NCBI RefSeq assembly: GCF_009914755.1
Contig: NC_060932.1
Reading direction: 5' to 3' (one strand)
Source of the DNA: the human T2T-CHM13v2.0 reference genome, Homo sapiens
Length of the DNA: 64,000 bases
Shown here: positions 28,083 through 45,031 of the stretch, piece by piece
How the letters are laid out: every line of letters begins with the position of its first letter
How positions within the stretch are numbered: the stretch's first letter is position 1
Program-made: the position numbers and the translations under genes
The notes under the pieces: generated by a model
Seen by the model: the letters and a program-made list of their open reading frames with translations, nothing else
What the model was told of the DNA's origin: nothing
Databases searched by the model: none

Positions 28083-29467
28083 TAGTTGAGCTTAGATTTT
28101 CAGAAGAAAAATAATTTCTATGTATTCAACTGCGATATCATATTTCTAATTTTCAGAAAGAAAGGATAGTCCAGGTAATAAGTAATGTAGCTGGATTCCC
28201 AGGTTCTGAATATTATTCTCTTTCTTGTTGTTGATGTGAGAAGCTGCACATATCAATTTTTCTTGCAGTTTCATCTCTGCCAACTGCTAAATGTAAATAA
28301 CATTTCCTGTTGACCTACTATTCTATGTCTTCCAGGAAACAAGGTAAAAACTCAAATTGGCTACAAATTCTTAGGTGGAAGGCAGTAACAAAGGATTTAT
28401 CATTATTTAATTTTTTAGCCTCGATAGTTTTTCTGCAGTTCTTTTGACATTATTTAGAACATTTAAGAATAGAGAAAAAATTTGGCAAGACAAGCATTTG
28501 AACGTTTTTCCTCATCTGTTCCTCCAAGGGATACTACTTTGAATTTGTTTAGCATTTTAGTCAATCCATTAACCTTTCACCCTAGATTTAGAAAATGGAT
28601 TTAATGGTTTAATTCTGTTCCCTAAGGAGTCTATAACCACATCATAAGCTGCCTGGTGTTAGACATTAATTGGAATGCACTTTCAGGGCAAATTCAGAGT
28701 TAGGATAATGAAAGTATCGAAAATAGGTACTAAAGAAAGAGAAAGTTGCTCATCTTGGCTCTTGGTAATTTTGAAATACATAGTTGTATTAATTTCTGTT
28801 GATGGGAGTGGTATTAAAAACAGCGGGGCTGCAACAATAAACTGAATTTTAAAAAATATTCACTTAAGCATATTCTCTTTCCTGCATGAGATTGCCACTT
28901 AATATCCTTTATTTAATCTCTGACAATTCCTCTAAGTACTCTTGGTTTCTCCAGATACTGTGGTGTTTGGGGTTTGGAATTAAAAGGAATATCTGAGAAG
29001 ATAGGAGCTCAGTTTCTGAAAAGAAGGGCTAGTCCCGAAAGTCAGTCTTTGCTTTCCTGTTGTCTCCTTTCACTTCCAAAATCAATCCTGAAAAGCGGGA
29101 AATACATAAATAGTTTCCACATGAGGGTCAATGTGAGGTGAGAACAAAAGAGCTAGACCTTATTTCCTTTACTCCACACACAGGTGTGATTATTGCTAGG
29201 AATGGACAGCACAGAGCAATAGCAACCTTGTGCCTTGCCTGCAATCTACCACCTGGATAGCATGCCCCACCTCTATACTTTTAGCCATGCATGACATGTG
29301 AAGATAGTGAGTGCCTGGTGCCTGACCTCACCTTCTGCCTGCTATCCAGCAGCTGGATAGCAGGCTCCACCCAGGAGACTCGCTCAGTTCCTTTGGGCAC
29401 TGGGTGCTTGCCTTCCTAACTGGCTTTGCAAAGGTTAATCTTGTAACCAGATGAATTTCCTTCAGCA

Positions 29468-29766
29468 TTTTTTTTTGTCTTTTTGAGATGGAGTCTAGCT
29501 CTGTCACCCAGGCCGTAGTGCAGTAAAGTGATCTCGGCTCATTGCAACCTCCACCTCCCGGATTCAAGCAATTCTCCTGCCTCAGCCTCCTGAGTAGCTG
29601 GGATTACAGGTGCATGCCATCATGCCCAGCTAATTTTTGTATTTTTAGTAGAGACAAGGTTTCATCGGGTTGGCCAGGCTGGTCTCCAACTCCTGACCTC
29701 AAGTGATCTGCCTGCCTTGACCTCCCAAAGTGCTGGGATTATAGGCATGAGCCACTGTGCCCAGCC
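29468..29766 (-). mobile_element. AluS (Sx/Sz-like)
   Basis: Full reverse dimer, flanked by a TTCCTTCAG TSD-like repeat on both sides. Confidence 0.93.
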
Positions 29767-30618
29767 TTCCTTCAGTTTCTTCTGTTTGATCAAGGGTTTC
29801 TCTCCAGTCCAATTTTCAATGTTGTGGAGATACCAGAGAACCACATGTGATTTCAGATGAACAATAACTTCAAGGAAAGGAAAAATGTAGATGTGAATCC
29901 TAACATTTCCCACAGTTGTTATTTTATGAAACAGCATTTTACTAAAAGGCTTAAATTATTGACTAAATAGAGCTTCTTTATTTTGTGGGATGGGAGTGGG
30001 TGAAGAGGGTATAGATAATAGGCCTCATATTTTACTTTTATATTTTTTGAAAAATGAAGGGAAAAAAAGGAGTATTCATTTAAAATAAGCTTCCTTAAAA
30101 GTCACAGCATATTAGTAAGTCTTACAAGTTCTTTTTTCTTTTTTTTTTAGCAAGAGATTTAGGAAGTCAGTAGTTAGTATGACTCTACTAATGCTCCACA
30201 CTAGAGCATTAGAAAGGAAAAGAAGTATTGGATAAGAAGGAGTAACAATGCCATTAAGAAAGGACAAAATAATTATATGTAGTGGGAAGCAGAATGCTGT
30301 TCTTTTCAAATGAGAGGGAACATTTAAATACTTACATGAAACTAAGAGACCTAGTAGTTAAAATTAGTAAAATATTCTTCAGAAAAAAATAACCACTTCC
30401 AAAATTATGTTGACAATTTGGTATTATTTTATGTGTGATTTATAGTAACCTAGAAACATAGAATTTTGGCCTACGAAGAGATTTTTTTAAAAGTTCATTT
30501 AGTATAAGCCCCTCACTTCACAGTTTTGGAAACTGAGGTGTGGAGAATTTAAGTGACTTATTTAAGATCTATTGATTACAGAACTAACATGTGAATAAAC
30601 AGCCCCTAATCTAATGCT

Positions 30619-31091
30619 CTGTGGCAGGCTGAACAGTGCCCACTCAAAGATGTCTACATTGTCATTCCAGAATGTGAATATGCGTGAATATGTTACCTTA
30701 AATGGTAAAAGGGACTTTGCAGGTGTGATTCAGTTCAAGATGGTTTGTCTGGGGCCCAGTACAATTAAAAGGATCTTGATAAGAGAAAGGCAGAAGGGTC
30801 AGAGCAGAGAGAAGATGTGATGATGGAAACGGAGCTCAGTGATGTGCTTTGAGGATGAGAAAGGGGCCACAGCCAAGGAATACAAGTAGCCTTGAGAAGC
30901 TAGAAAAGGCCAAGAAGCAGATTCTTCCCAAAAGCCTCCAGAAGGAACAAAGCCCTGCCAACATTTTGATTTTAGTCCATAAATCTTATTTCAAATTTCT
31001 GACTACCAGAAATATAAGATAATACACTTGTGTTGTTTCCAGCCACCAGGTTCATGTTAATTTGTTATAGCAGCAATAGAAAACCAATACA
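30619..31091 (+). mobile_element. MLT1D-type solo LTR
   Basis: TGTGGCAGGCTGAA start, GAATATGTTACCTTA..AAAAGGGACTTTGCAGGTGTGATT, and the end GTTATAGCAGCAATAGAAAACCAATACA. Confidence 0.85.
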
Positions 31092-32419
31092 TGCTATTTC
31101 CATTTACACAGCTTACTTCCTTTCTTGAAAAGAATCACGGAAGTTATTGAAAGCAGTAGAGAAATCCAGGAACCATACTAAAAATTCAAGTTGCAGTTAC
31201 AGATAAACTGTGATGCAGGTTTATGAACCAACTGGCTAGTTTTCCCACAGGCTGGCATATGTACTAAACTCATGATTTAAAAACTTTAAAAACCCACTAA
31301 GTTTAAAATAATGTCAAAAATGCTGTTAAAAATTTTTTGAATGAAATAAAATAACTGTGTCAGAAATCATTTTGTTTTGAGACAAGTAACTCTGACTAGT
31401 TTAAGTAAAATGGAAACTAGAGGTTAGAGAACGCCAAACTGCAGAAAGAACAGGAAATCTTGCAAAAATCAAGGTGAGTACCTTTTCTGTCTTTCTGTCT
31501 CTCTTTGCACAGTCTCTTGGTTTTTCCTCTTTTCATACACAAGTTTATTTATAGCCTAGTTTTTTCTTTTTTTTTTTTTTTCATTTCAGTTTATCTTGGG
31601 TTGAATATGGCTGCTCAAATTCTGACTTTTTCTTATATCTCAGTTGGAGTTCAGCGGACACCAACAGGAGTCACTGTTTTCTAAGTCTGGTCTTTAAGTA
31701 GAGAAAAATCTGATGATTGGTCCAGTTGAATCAGATGCCCAGCCCAGTCTAAGCAGTTAGGACTAATTGGATCCCGTATGATCAATCATGGGACTGTAGT
31801 GTCACAAGTCCCTGCTTATTAGAGGCTGTGGAGGCACACTAACAGAAAAGGGGAATGTGCAGGATGAGACAAGTGACCAATATGTCCATTACATACCAGG
31901 TAAACATCTTTTTTAATTATTTTTTTTTCATTTAAGGAAGTTAATTTAAAAAGCATTGAGTCTACGCACAGACTGCAATTGTTAAAATAGAACATTAAGG
32001 AAATAACATATTAGGTTATTATTAACGATTAAAAGAGTTTCCCAAAAAGAATCTATTAGTCAGTCTATTACTTAGTACTGAGGGAGAGAGGAGGTGAAGC
32101 AGGCATATTTCAAGGGAGGTAGGTCATGAAATATCCAGGTAAGCCCGATCTGGGAAGGACATCACAGAGGAAGGGCCTGACTACCACATGGCTGGCTATG
32201 ATCTCTGAGCAAATCTCTTTCACTGCCTATTGTTCTTAGAGTCCTCAGGAATATACACTCTCCTCATTTCCTCTTCATAGTTTCCCAGGGAATATCTCTG
32301 AGGAAAGAAGGAAAGAGCAATCACGTAAACCTTCAATTTTCCTACTTTAAACTTCAAGGGTGAACTTGACAATTTCTTTTATTTACTTGTTTATAGTTTG
32401 GGCAACTTTTGCTTCATAT

Positions 32420-32655
32420 TTTTATTTTTTTTTCTTTTTTATTTCAATAGTTTTTGGGGTACAGGTGGTTTTTGGTTACATGGATGAGTTCTTCAGTGGT
32501 GAATTCTGAGATTTTAGTGCACCTGTCACCCAAACAGTGTACACTGTACCCAGTATGTTGTCTTTTATCCTTCATCCCTCTCCCAACCTCCCCCCGAGTC
32601 CCCAGTGCTATTGTATCACTTTGTATGTCTTTACATCCTCATAGCTTACCTCCCA
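32420..32655 (-). mobile_element. Short L1PB 3' UTR stub
   Basis: TTTATTTCAATAGTTTTTTGGGGTACAGGTGGTTTTTGGTTACATGGATGAG; homologous to the L1PB tail at ~59120-59345. Confidence 0.85.
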
Positions 32656-35514
32656 GTTGTCTGAACTTGGTAATTTCTAAAGCCCCTTCCAGCTCCGAAA
32701 TTAGTATTTTTTTAAAAATTGTTGAGCTTATAAGAGTAGTTTAAATATTTATGTATTTGCCATTTTGGCTTTTGAGCGGTCTTTTAATTTAGCAGTTTCC
32801 CAGCTCTGCCAAATCATAGTGGCCTTCTGTCAAAATATATTACTTAACAGGCCAATACGTCTGGATCAGTTACACCCACTTCATGCTTCCTTCAGATTAG
32901 TCTAATGATCTCTTTTCCTCACAAAACATTATTGAAAGTGACTTTCTTCAGTTACTTGGGATTTTATCATCACGACCATGTTAACCAAAGAGGTATCATC
33001 TGGACACTGAACCAGAAAGAAAACCAGGCTGTAGTTCCTGTTGTTACTCAATATGGCTGCCCCATTCAACCTTTTTAGAGGCAGAGTGCTGAGAACATTG
33101 TCCTAAACTTCAGGAATTCATGGTTCAATAAAAGGAAGGTACAATTAAGAAACGTAAGCATCAATATACTGAACATGCACTAAAAAGGTTGTTTTAAAAG
33201 GTATACATATTTGCAGCTACTATTTCTTCAGAAATATGCCTTTCCTTATGGAGAAGGGTCTTTGTAGCCACTCAAGAGTCTGAGGTGTGTGAACCTCACT
33301 GCCCTATTGCAAACAACTTACTTGTGGCTTTCTTTCTTGGCATAAACTTATGCAATTCTCCAGCGTGAGAATAATATTCTCACAAGACTGTCAAGATGCT
33401 ACTTCACAGCTGTAATGTCCACACTAATTTTTCCAAGGAAATTATAATTTTATAGAGAAATTAAGGAAAACAAGTTCTCTGTAGAGAATCCTAAAGAACT
33501 TCACAGAAGTTATGTAGCCAATTAGTTTTGGATTGTATTCCAACCAGATTCATTGTTTTCTCTTTACTATCTTTATGACCAGTACTTTAGACTGAGTTTA
33601 GTTTTAAAGCCATACGAAGTACAGAGCCTTCAGAATGCCAATAATAGCATGCTGGGGTTAATCATCGACTCAGAAAGGAGAATGCCAACTAATGAATCAT
33701 CAACATATCTCTTGCCACACCTAGGGTTTTCTCTGGATGATTTCCACCCAAGTGTTGACAAAACTTGACCTTGAATAGTCACTAAGATGTGTTGGGACTA
33801 TGGCCAAAGGTGCTTACGTGCCAGTGGGACAGGCTGCATGTTCATTAACTAGGTTATTCTGCTCCACATATGACAAGAAGTGTACTTTTTGCATTTTTCA
33901 CATTATTTCTGATTTTTAAAGCTTCCAGACAAAAAGCCTCTAATTATTGTAATCTCATGCAGTGCCCTGGACCCTCTCCAGATGTAAACTTCAGCGTGTA
34001 GCTAAGTTGAAAGACCAAACCCCAGTGATGGGCCACCTATATATGATAAGCATGCCCATTTATTAAAGTTGAAAAACAGGCCCACAACCACAACACTACA
34101 TTTTACCTTCTGAATGGTCCTGGCTGCAATTAAAAGCAGGATGATGCACTATTTTCCAGTTGAATAAACTGAGAGCCAAAAGTTCAGGAGTTCTGACTCT
34201 AGTTGTGTATCTGATTTGTCCTGGGAAGGGCACTTACACAGAGTCTCCCTTTCCCCCTGGAACATAAAGTCATTAAGTAACTGGCCTTGAAGGTTATTGT
34301 AAGCAGTGATGACATTGACAAGACAAGAAGTCTTGTCTTTGGGGAAAGGGAGCTTCATAGCATCTTACATGCCTCAGTGCTTTGACAATGGGTGGTAAAT
34401 AGAATAAGGAGAGTGACAAAATGGTAATGAAAAGGACATTCTGGTAAAAGACTAAATACTGCTGTCCAGTCTGTTAAAACTTCTTCTTGTTGCTATTATC
34501 TATAATTTTCAGGTCAATTATGCTAATGTCAACCCAGGGCCTCACTGAGTTAAGGAAAGAATACAGGAAGGTTTATATTGACATGATGTCAAGAGAAGAG
34601 TGGCATGGGGTATGGAAATGCCTCATCATGGCTCCATTTGGCTATAATAGCCTGATTTGGCACAAGCTTCTAATAAAGCCTGAAGGTTAATCATACTGCT
34701 GTGGAGCAGGACTGGAGTTTTGCTAGATCACAAATTTCAGGGAAAACTCAGTTTCACAAAATGTAAGGTTGATATGAAATTTTAAGAATTAAATTTTTCA
34801 GCCTTTCAAAGATTCTAGAAAGTCAGGCAATAGTATATCTTGAAGAGTGCCTTCTGTATGCCAGGTCTGGGTTAGGCTCCTTAAGTTTAATCACAGATTA
34901 TTGTCAGGTCATAAAGCAAACTTGATAAGATTAAATAACTACTTTGCCTAAACTATAAGGTATTTAAATATATTTTAAAAGCCACTGATAGAAAAATAAG
35001 GAGAAATAATCAGAAATACAGTTCTGTTATATTTTTAAATATATTTCACTCATTCTTTGACAAATCAAACAAGTGAATATAAAAAGTAATATAGACAATT
35101 TTAATAATATGCAATTAATAATGTTGACTTATTGATACACATGTGTATAAAATATACAATCTGTGTACATTATACCAGAAACTTGCACCAAATCAGGCTA
35201 TGTATTTTCTCTTTGTAAATACATTTCCCCCAGAATCCATGAACATTAAAAAAACTGATCACCTATTAGGTCACAAAAAAACACAGTAAATTCTCCAAAG
35301 CAGAAGTTATACAGACTATATATACAATAAAATTATTTATTAATAACAAAAGTATAAAATAAGACCTAACTGTATGAACATTAAAAATTCTCTTACATAA
35401 TTATTTAATGAAAGAATTCAATAAGCTGACAATGGAAAGCATTACATATTAAAACATATGAGCTGCGGTCATAGAAGTACACAGATACAAATTCATATCA
35501 TTAAATGCCTTGAT

Positions 35515-36664
35515 TGTAAACCAAGAATAATATTCTGAGGCCCCTGCAACTGTCAGAAGCATGTGAACCAAAACAACTCCATATTGAAAATGAGGCTGGA
35601 ACCTACTGGGCTGCATTCCCAGACGGTTCTGGCATCCTAAGTCACAGGATGAGATAGGAGGTCAGCACAAAATACAGGTCATAAAGACCTTGCTTATAAA
35701 ACAGGTTGCAATAAGGGAACCAGTCAAAACCCACCAAAAACAAAATGGTGACGAGAGTGACCTCTGGTCATCCTCACTGCTACGCTCCCACCGGTGCCAT
35801 GACAGTTTACAAATACGATGGCAATGTCAGGAAGTTACCCTATGTGCTCTAAAAAGGGGAGGCATGAATAATCTACCCCTTGTTTAGCATGTCATCAAGA
35901 AATAACCATAAAAATGGGCAACCAGCAGCCCTTGGAGCTGCTCTGTCTATGGAGTAGCCATTCTTTTATTCCTTTACTTTCTTAATAAACTTGATTTCAC
36001 TGTGGACTCGCCCGAATTCTTTCTTGTGTGAGATCCAAGAACTGTCTCTTGAGGTCTGGATGGGGACCTCTTTCCTGTAACACAACAATTGAATGCTCTT
36101 CCTCCTCAGCCAGGGCTCTTAAAATTTAATCTGAGAGACTGTTTTAGGCCATGATGGGAAGTGGGGGTCGAACATGCCTCATTTTATCTTTCCGGCATTA
36201 ATTTAACTTAACAACAACACAGACTTTTAAGTCCGATAAGAAACATTTTACAACCTATTCTCTCTGAAGCCTGCTACCTGGAGGCTTCATCTGCATGATA
36301 AAACTTTGTTCTTCACAATCTCTTATCTTAACCCAGACATTTCCTTTCTGTGGATCCCAAGTCTTTAGACAAAGACAACCAATTGTCAACCAGAAAATGC
36401 TTATATTTACCTATAGCCTGGAATCTCCCCACCCCCCACTTGGAATGGTCCCACCTTTCTGGACCAAACCAATGTATTTCTTAAATGTAATTGATTGACA
36501 TCTCATGCCTGCCTAAAATGTGTATAACAAAGCTGCACCCCAACCACCTTGGGCACATGTTCTCAGGACCTCCTGAGGGCTGTGTCACAGGCCGGGGTCA
36601 CTCATATTTGTCTCAGAATTAATCTCTTCAAATACTTTACAGAGTTTGACTCTTTTCATTGAAA
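35515..36664 (+). mobile_element. MER4 (B/D-like) ERV1 solo LTR, split by MER41A
   Basis: Start TGTAAACCAAGAATAA; GGCCATGATGGGAAGTGGGGGTCG; CCACCTTGGGCACATGTTCTCAGGACCTCCTGAGGGCTGTGTCAC; end TTTACAGAGTTTGACTCTTTTC. Confidence 0.85.
35551..36082 (+). mobile_element. MER41A ERV1 solo LTR
   Basis: TGTCAGA..GTAACA termini, GTCACAGGATGAGATAGGAGGTC, CTGTCTATGGAGTAGCCATTC and AATAAA. A 4-bp TSD, CAAC, is on both sides. Confidence 0.9.
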
Positions 36665-39096
36665 TCATTAATAAACAAACAAAAAAGAATACAAATGACT
36701 TGAGGCCAGAATTTCCAAAACTGGTGTCCTGTATGACTCCATGCCACGAAATGTTAATGTTATGCCATAGAAAAGTGTTCCTGGGGTAAAAATTATTTGA
36801 AAATGCTGTGTTAAAAAAGCTAAGATATTGAGAACTCCTCAATATCTGTAACATTATAATGAGCATTGTGAAGCTGTAAGAGGGAATATGATATTCAGTG
36901 TTTCCCAAACTATTTAATCAGAGAAATTTTTTTCATGTTATCTATATAAACATCTCAGAGCGATGCTCTTCCAAATGGTTTAGAAACTTAAGAAGCATCT
37001 TAAGTTTCTAAAGATGCTTCTTAAGTTGCACACTTAAGAACACCTGGGAAGAGTGTTCAAGAACACCTGGGAAGAGTTAAGAAGCATTGAAAAATAAAAA
37101 TAAAAGTTAATAAATTTAAGCCACCAATTGTTCAAATTAATACATTTATAATATGGCTTCCTAAAACTAAAATAAGGCTACTGTTTATTTAGCCCTAATA
37201 TAGAAAAATAATAAAAGTATTTGATAATAATGCAACAGAAATATCAATGAAACAGATGTTTTTTGAGTAAATTATAAACTGCTTAAATTGACTTAAAAAG
37301 AACATAAAAAGTCAAGAAGATTACTATTGCAATAGAATTAGAAAAAAATTCACCTTTAATGAAAGGTCATAAATTATATAATTAGTTATTTTAGAAAATC
37401 AATGATAATTCACTTATTAAATAAATGTTTCAATAAAAGAGAACATAATGAAAAGCTTATTAGTTCATTTTAAATATCTCCTGTAATATTTGTACCAAAA
37501 CTAAAACAGGATTGCAGAAAATAAGGCCCTCAATAAACCAACAAAGTCATTTATTTTAGCAATATAGATTTAAAATTTCTAAATAAGTTACAGAATCTTT
37601 TAAGTGAACATATATAAAGATATATTTTTAATTTATATTGATTTAAATATTTATTCCATTTAAATGCTTATACATTGTTTGTTGAGGAAGCAATAATGCT
37701 TATAGAAGCATTGGTGAAATATACTAACATAATTCATTAACTCAATAATCAGAGACAAAAAGGATAAACTTGATAGATGCTGGAGTGGCATTTGAAAAGA
37801 TTCAACATCAATTTCTGACCAGAAGCATTTAGTTATTTTAAAACAGAAGGATTCTTTCTTAACATGGCAAAGAATATTGTCTCAAGTTCGTGCAGGATTT
37901 TCTAATACACCAACTAAATATGTAAGTAAAAAACAAAAGAATTTGATACTTGGTATTTGCAAAATACTCACTGAAAGTTATCTTGTGAAAACAGAATTGT
38001 TGAATTTCTTGACAGTATTTTACAATGTATTACTGTTTCTGTTTGGGATTGCATCTTGGATGGCAGCATCATAATTTTACATACTTAAAGCCTCTATAAC
38101 TCTTTATCTGGCTGTGCTCAAGCAATAGCCAACCTAATTCTTAATGGAGGTTGCTTAATGCCTAAACAATGATCATTGCTAGTAAAGTAAATAACAAAAC
38201 AATGATGGCCCTCATTATTTGCGTTTTAATAAGTTTGCCAATGTAATAAGGCAAGAAAAATAAGTAAGGAATACAATTATGAAATCCAAGAAGGCAAGAT
38301 TGTCATTTTATAAGACTATGGCTGTTGACCTTGATAACCCAAGAAACCAATAACAGAAAATTATTAGATATAGTAAAAGAGTTCATTAAGGTAATTGACT
38401 ATAAAATAAATATGCCAAGTCATCCATTTTTCTATTTACCTGTGATTTTAAGTTGGACAACAAAATGGAAAAAAATCTCAATTATTATACAAACAAAATT
38501 AGAAATGATCTTGGTAAAAATCTACCCAGAAAGAAGAGCTTATATCAATAAAACTATATATTTCTCTCCTTAAACACATAAAACATTGAATAAATGAAAA
38601 TATGCTTAATTTTAGATGAGAAGGCTCAAAATTTTATAGACTGTCAATTACAACAAATATTTGGTATATATTTCATGCTAATCCAATTGAAATATAGAGA
38701 ATTCTTAGATGTATTAGGAAGAATAAATTCTGTAGGAGTTAAACATTTAAAATACAACAATCAAAATTTTGGGAAAATTAGGAGAGGTCATTTAAATAAG
38801 ATAGGAAGTCTAATAAAACTATAAAGAAAGAATAAAATATTTTTACTACACAAAATTTTATTTTAATTTTTTTATTTTTATTTTTTATTTTTATTATACT
38901 TTAAGTTCTAGGGTACATGTGCACAACATGCAGGTTTGTTACATATGTATACATGTGTCATGTTGGTGTGCTGCACCCATTAACTCGTCATTTACATTAG
39001 GTATATCTCCTAATGCTGTCCCTCCCCCCTCCCCCAAACCCATGACAGGCCCCAGTGTGTGATGCTCCCCACCCTGTGTCCAAGTGTTCTCATTGT

Positions 39097-43053
<3,957 letters not shown>

Positions 43054-43116
43054 TATGATGTTAGCTGGTTATTTTGCTCGTTAGTTGATGCAGTTTCTTC
43101 CTAGCATTGATGGTCT

Positions 43117-44142
43117 TTACAATTTGGCATGTTTTTGCAGTGGCTGGTATTGGTTGTTCCTTTCCATGTTTAGTGCTTCCCTCCTGAGCTCTTGTAAGGC
43201 AGGCCTTGTGGTGACAAAATCTCTTAGCATTTGCTTGTCTGTAAAGGATTTTATTTCTCCTTCACTTTTGAAGCTTAGTTTGGCTGGATATGAAATTCTG
43301 GGTTGAAAATACTTTTCTTTAAGAATGTTGAATATTGGCCCCCACTCTCTTCTGGCTTGTAGAGTTTCTGCTGAGAGATCAGCTGTTAGTCTGATAGGCT
43401 TCCCTTTGTGGGTAACCCAACCTTTCTCTCTGGCTGCCCTTAACATTTTTTCCTTCATTTCAACTTTGGTGGATCTGACAATTATGTGTCTTGGAGTTGC
43501 TCTTCTCGAGGAGTATCTTTGTGGCATTCTCTGTATTTCCTGAATTTGAATGTTGGCCTGCCTTGCTAGATTGGGGAAGTTCTCCTGGATAATATCCTGC
43601 AGAATGTTTTCCAGCTTGGTTCCATTCTCCCTGTCACTTTCAGGTACACCAATCATACATAGATTTGGTCTTTTCATATAGTGCCATATTTCTTCGAGGC
43701 TTTGTTCATTTCTTTTTACTCTTTTTTCCTCTAAACTTCTCTTCTTGCTTCATTTCATTCATCTGATCTTCGATCACTGATACCCTTTCTTCCACTTGAT
43801 TAAATCGGCTACTGAAGCTTGTGCATGCGTCACATAGTTCTTGTGCCATGGTTTTCAGCTCCAACAGGTCATTTAAGGATTTCTCTACACTGTTTATTCT
43901 AGTTAGCCATTCGTCTAGTCTTTTTCCAAGGTTTTTAGCTTCTTTGCGATGGGTTCGAACATCTTCCTTTAGCTTGGAGAAATTTGTTATTACCAATCGT
44001 CTGAAGCCTTCTTCTCTCAACTCCTCAAAGTCATTCTCTGTCCAGCTTTGTTCCATTGTTGGCGAGGAGCTGTGTTCCTTTGAAGGAGAAGAGGTGCTCT
44101 GATTTTAGAATTTTCAGCTTTTCTTCTCTGGTTTCTCCCCAT
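43117..44142 (-). pseudogene. L1 ORF1p, frameshifted
   Basis: Pieces MEQSWTENDFEELREEGFRR... and KRPNL..ARREWGPIFNILKEK..YPAKLS..QPLQKHAKL*. Confidence 0.95.
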
Positions 44143-44716
44143 CTTTGTGGTTTTATCTACCTTTGGTCTTTGATGATGGTGATGTACAGATGGGGTTTTG
44201 GTGTGGATGTCCTTTCTGTTTGTTAGTTTTCCTTCTAACAGTCAGGACCCTCAGCTGCAGGTCTGTTGGAGTTTGCTGGAGATCCACTCGATACCTGTTT
44301 GCCTGGGTATCACCAGCGGAGGCTGCAGAACAGCAAATATTGCAGAACGGCAAATGTTGCTGTCTGATCCTTCTTCTGAAAGCTTCATCTCAGAGGGGTA
44401 CCTGGCTGTGTGAGGTGTCAGTCGGCCCCTACTGGAAGGTGTCTCCCAGTTAGGCTACTTGGTGGTCAGGGACCCACTTGAGGAGGCAGTCTGTCCGTTC
44501 TCAGATCTTGAACTCTGTGCTGGGAGAAGCACTACTCTCTTCACAGCCGTCAGACAGGGACGTTTAAGTCTGCAGAAGTTTCTGCTGCCTTTTGTTCAGC
44601 TATGCTCTGCCCCCAGAGGTGGAGTCTACAGAAGCAGGCAGGCCTCATTGAGCTGCATTGGGCTCCACCCAGTTCAAGCTTCCCATCCACTTTGTTTACC
44701 TACTCAAGCCTCAGCA

Positions 44717-45031
44717 ATGGTGGATGCCCCTCTCCCAGCCTTGCTGCCACCTTGCAGTTCAATTTCAGACTGCTGTGCTAGCAGTGAGCGAGGCTCCATG
44801 GGAGTGGGACCCTCAGAGCCAGGCACGGGATATAATCTCCTGGTGTGCCATTTGCTAAGGCCATTGGAAAAGTGCAGTATTAGGATGGGAGTGACCCGAT
44901 TTTCCAGGTACTGTCTGTCATGTCTTCTCTTTGCCAGGAAAGGGAATTCCTCGACCCCTTGCGCTTCCTGTGTGAGGCGATGCCTTGTGCTGCTCTGTGG
45001 GCTGCACCCACTGTCCAACAAGCTCCAGTGA
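44717..45031 (+). CDS. ORF0: L1 antisense ORF0-like open frame (104 aa); expression not demonstrated
   Basis: ATG in a strong context (GCAATGG). The peptide MVDAPLPALLPPCSSISDCCASSERGSMGVGPSEPG..GVTRFSR aligns with the recalled primate L1 ORF0 (MAGAPPPASLPPCSLISDCCAS..VGVGPSEPG..GVTRFSR). Confidence 0.5.
   Translation: MVDAPLPALLPPCSSISDCCASSERGSMGVGPSEPGTGYNLLVCHLLRPLEKCSIRMGVTRFSRYCLSCLLFARKGNSSTPCASCVRRCLVLLCGLHPLSNKLQ

Larger units (their letters stand above)
34950..38845 (+). mobile_element. Ancient L1M ORF2 fragments (host of MER4/MER41A and L1PA5; continues at ~45146-45800)
   Basis: Degenerate collinear ORF2 landmarks: AAAACTGATCACCTATTAGGTCACAAA (EN), GATAGATGCTGGAGTGGCATTTGAAAAGATTCAACATC (RT), and GACTATAAAATAAATATG. 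Confidence 0.6.

Noticed and set aside
28150-28345. Possible microexons (TTTCAG/AAAGAAAGGATAGTCCAG/GTAATA and TTCCAG/GAAACAAG/GTAAAA)
   Set aside because: The donors are weak, there is no supporting gene context, and such patterns are expected by chance.
31420-31480. Strong donor-like AAG/GTGAGT at ~31474
   Set aside because: There is no convincing upstream acceptor or coding frame, and it probably lies in an old LTR remnant.
35551-36082. MER41 as an interferon-gamma/STAT1 enhancer
   Set aside because: That role is established mainly for MER41B copies with tandem GAS (TTCnnnGAA) motifs. This copy is MER41A-like and I saw no such tandem motif.
36979-37088. CRISPR-like or terminator interpretation of the repeat cluster
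   Set aside because: The context is eukaryotic, with only two direct repeat units, a 4-nt gap and no cas genes.
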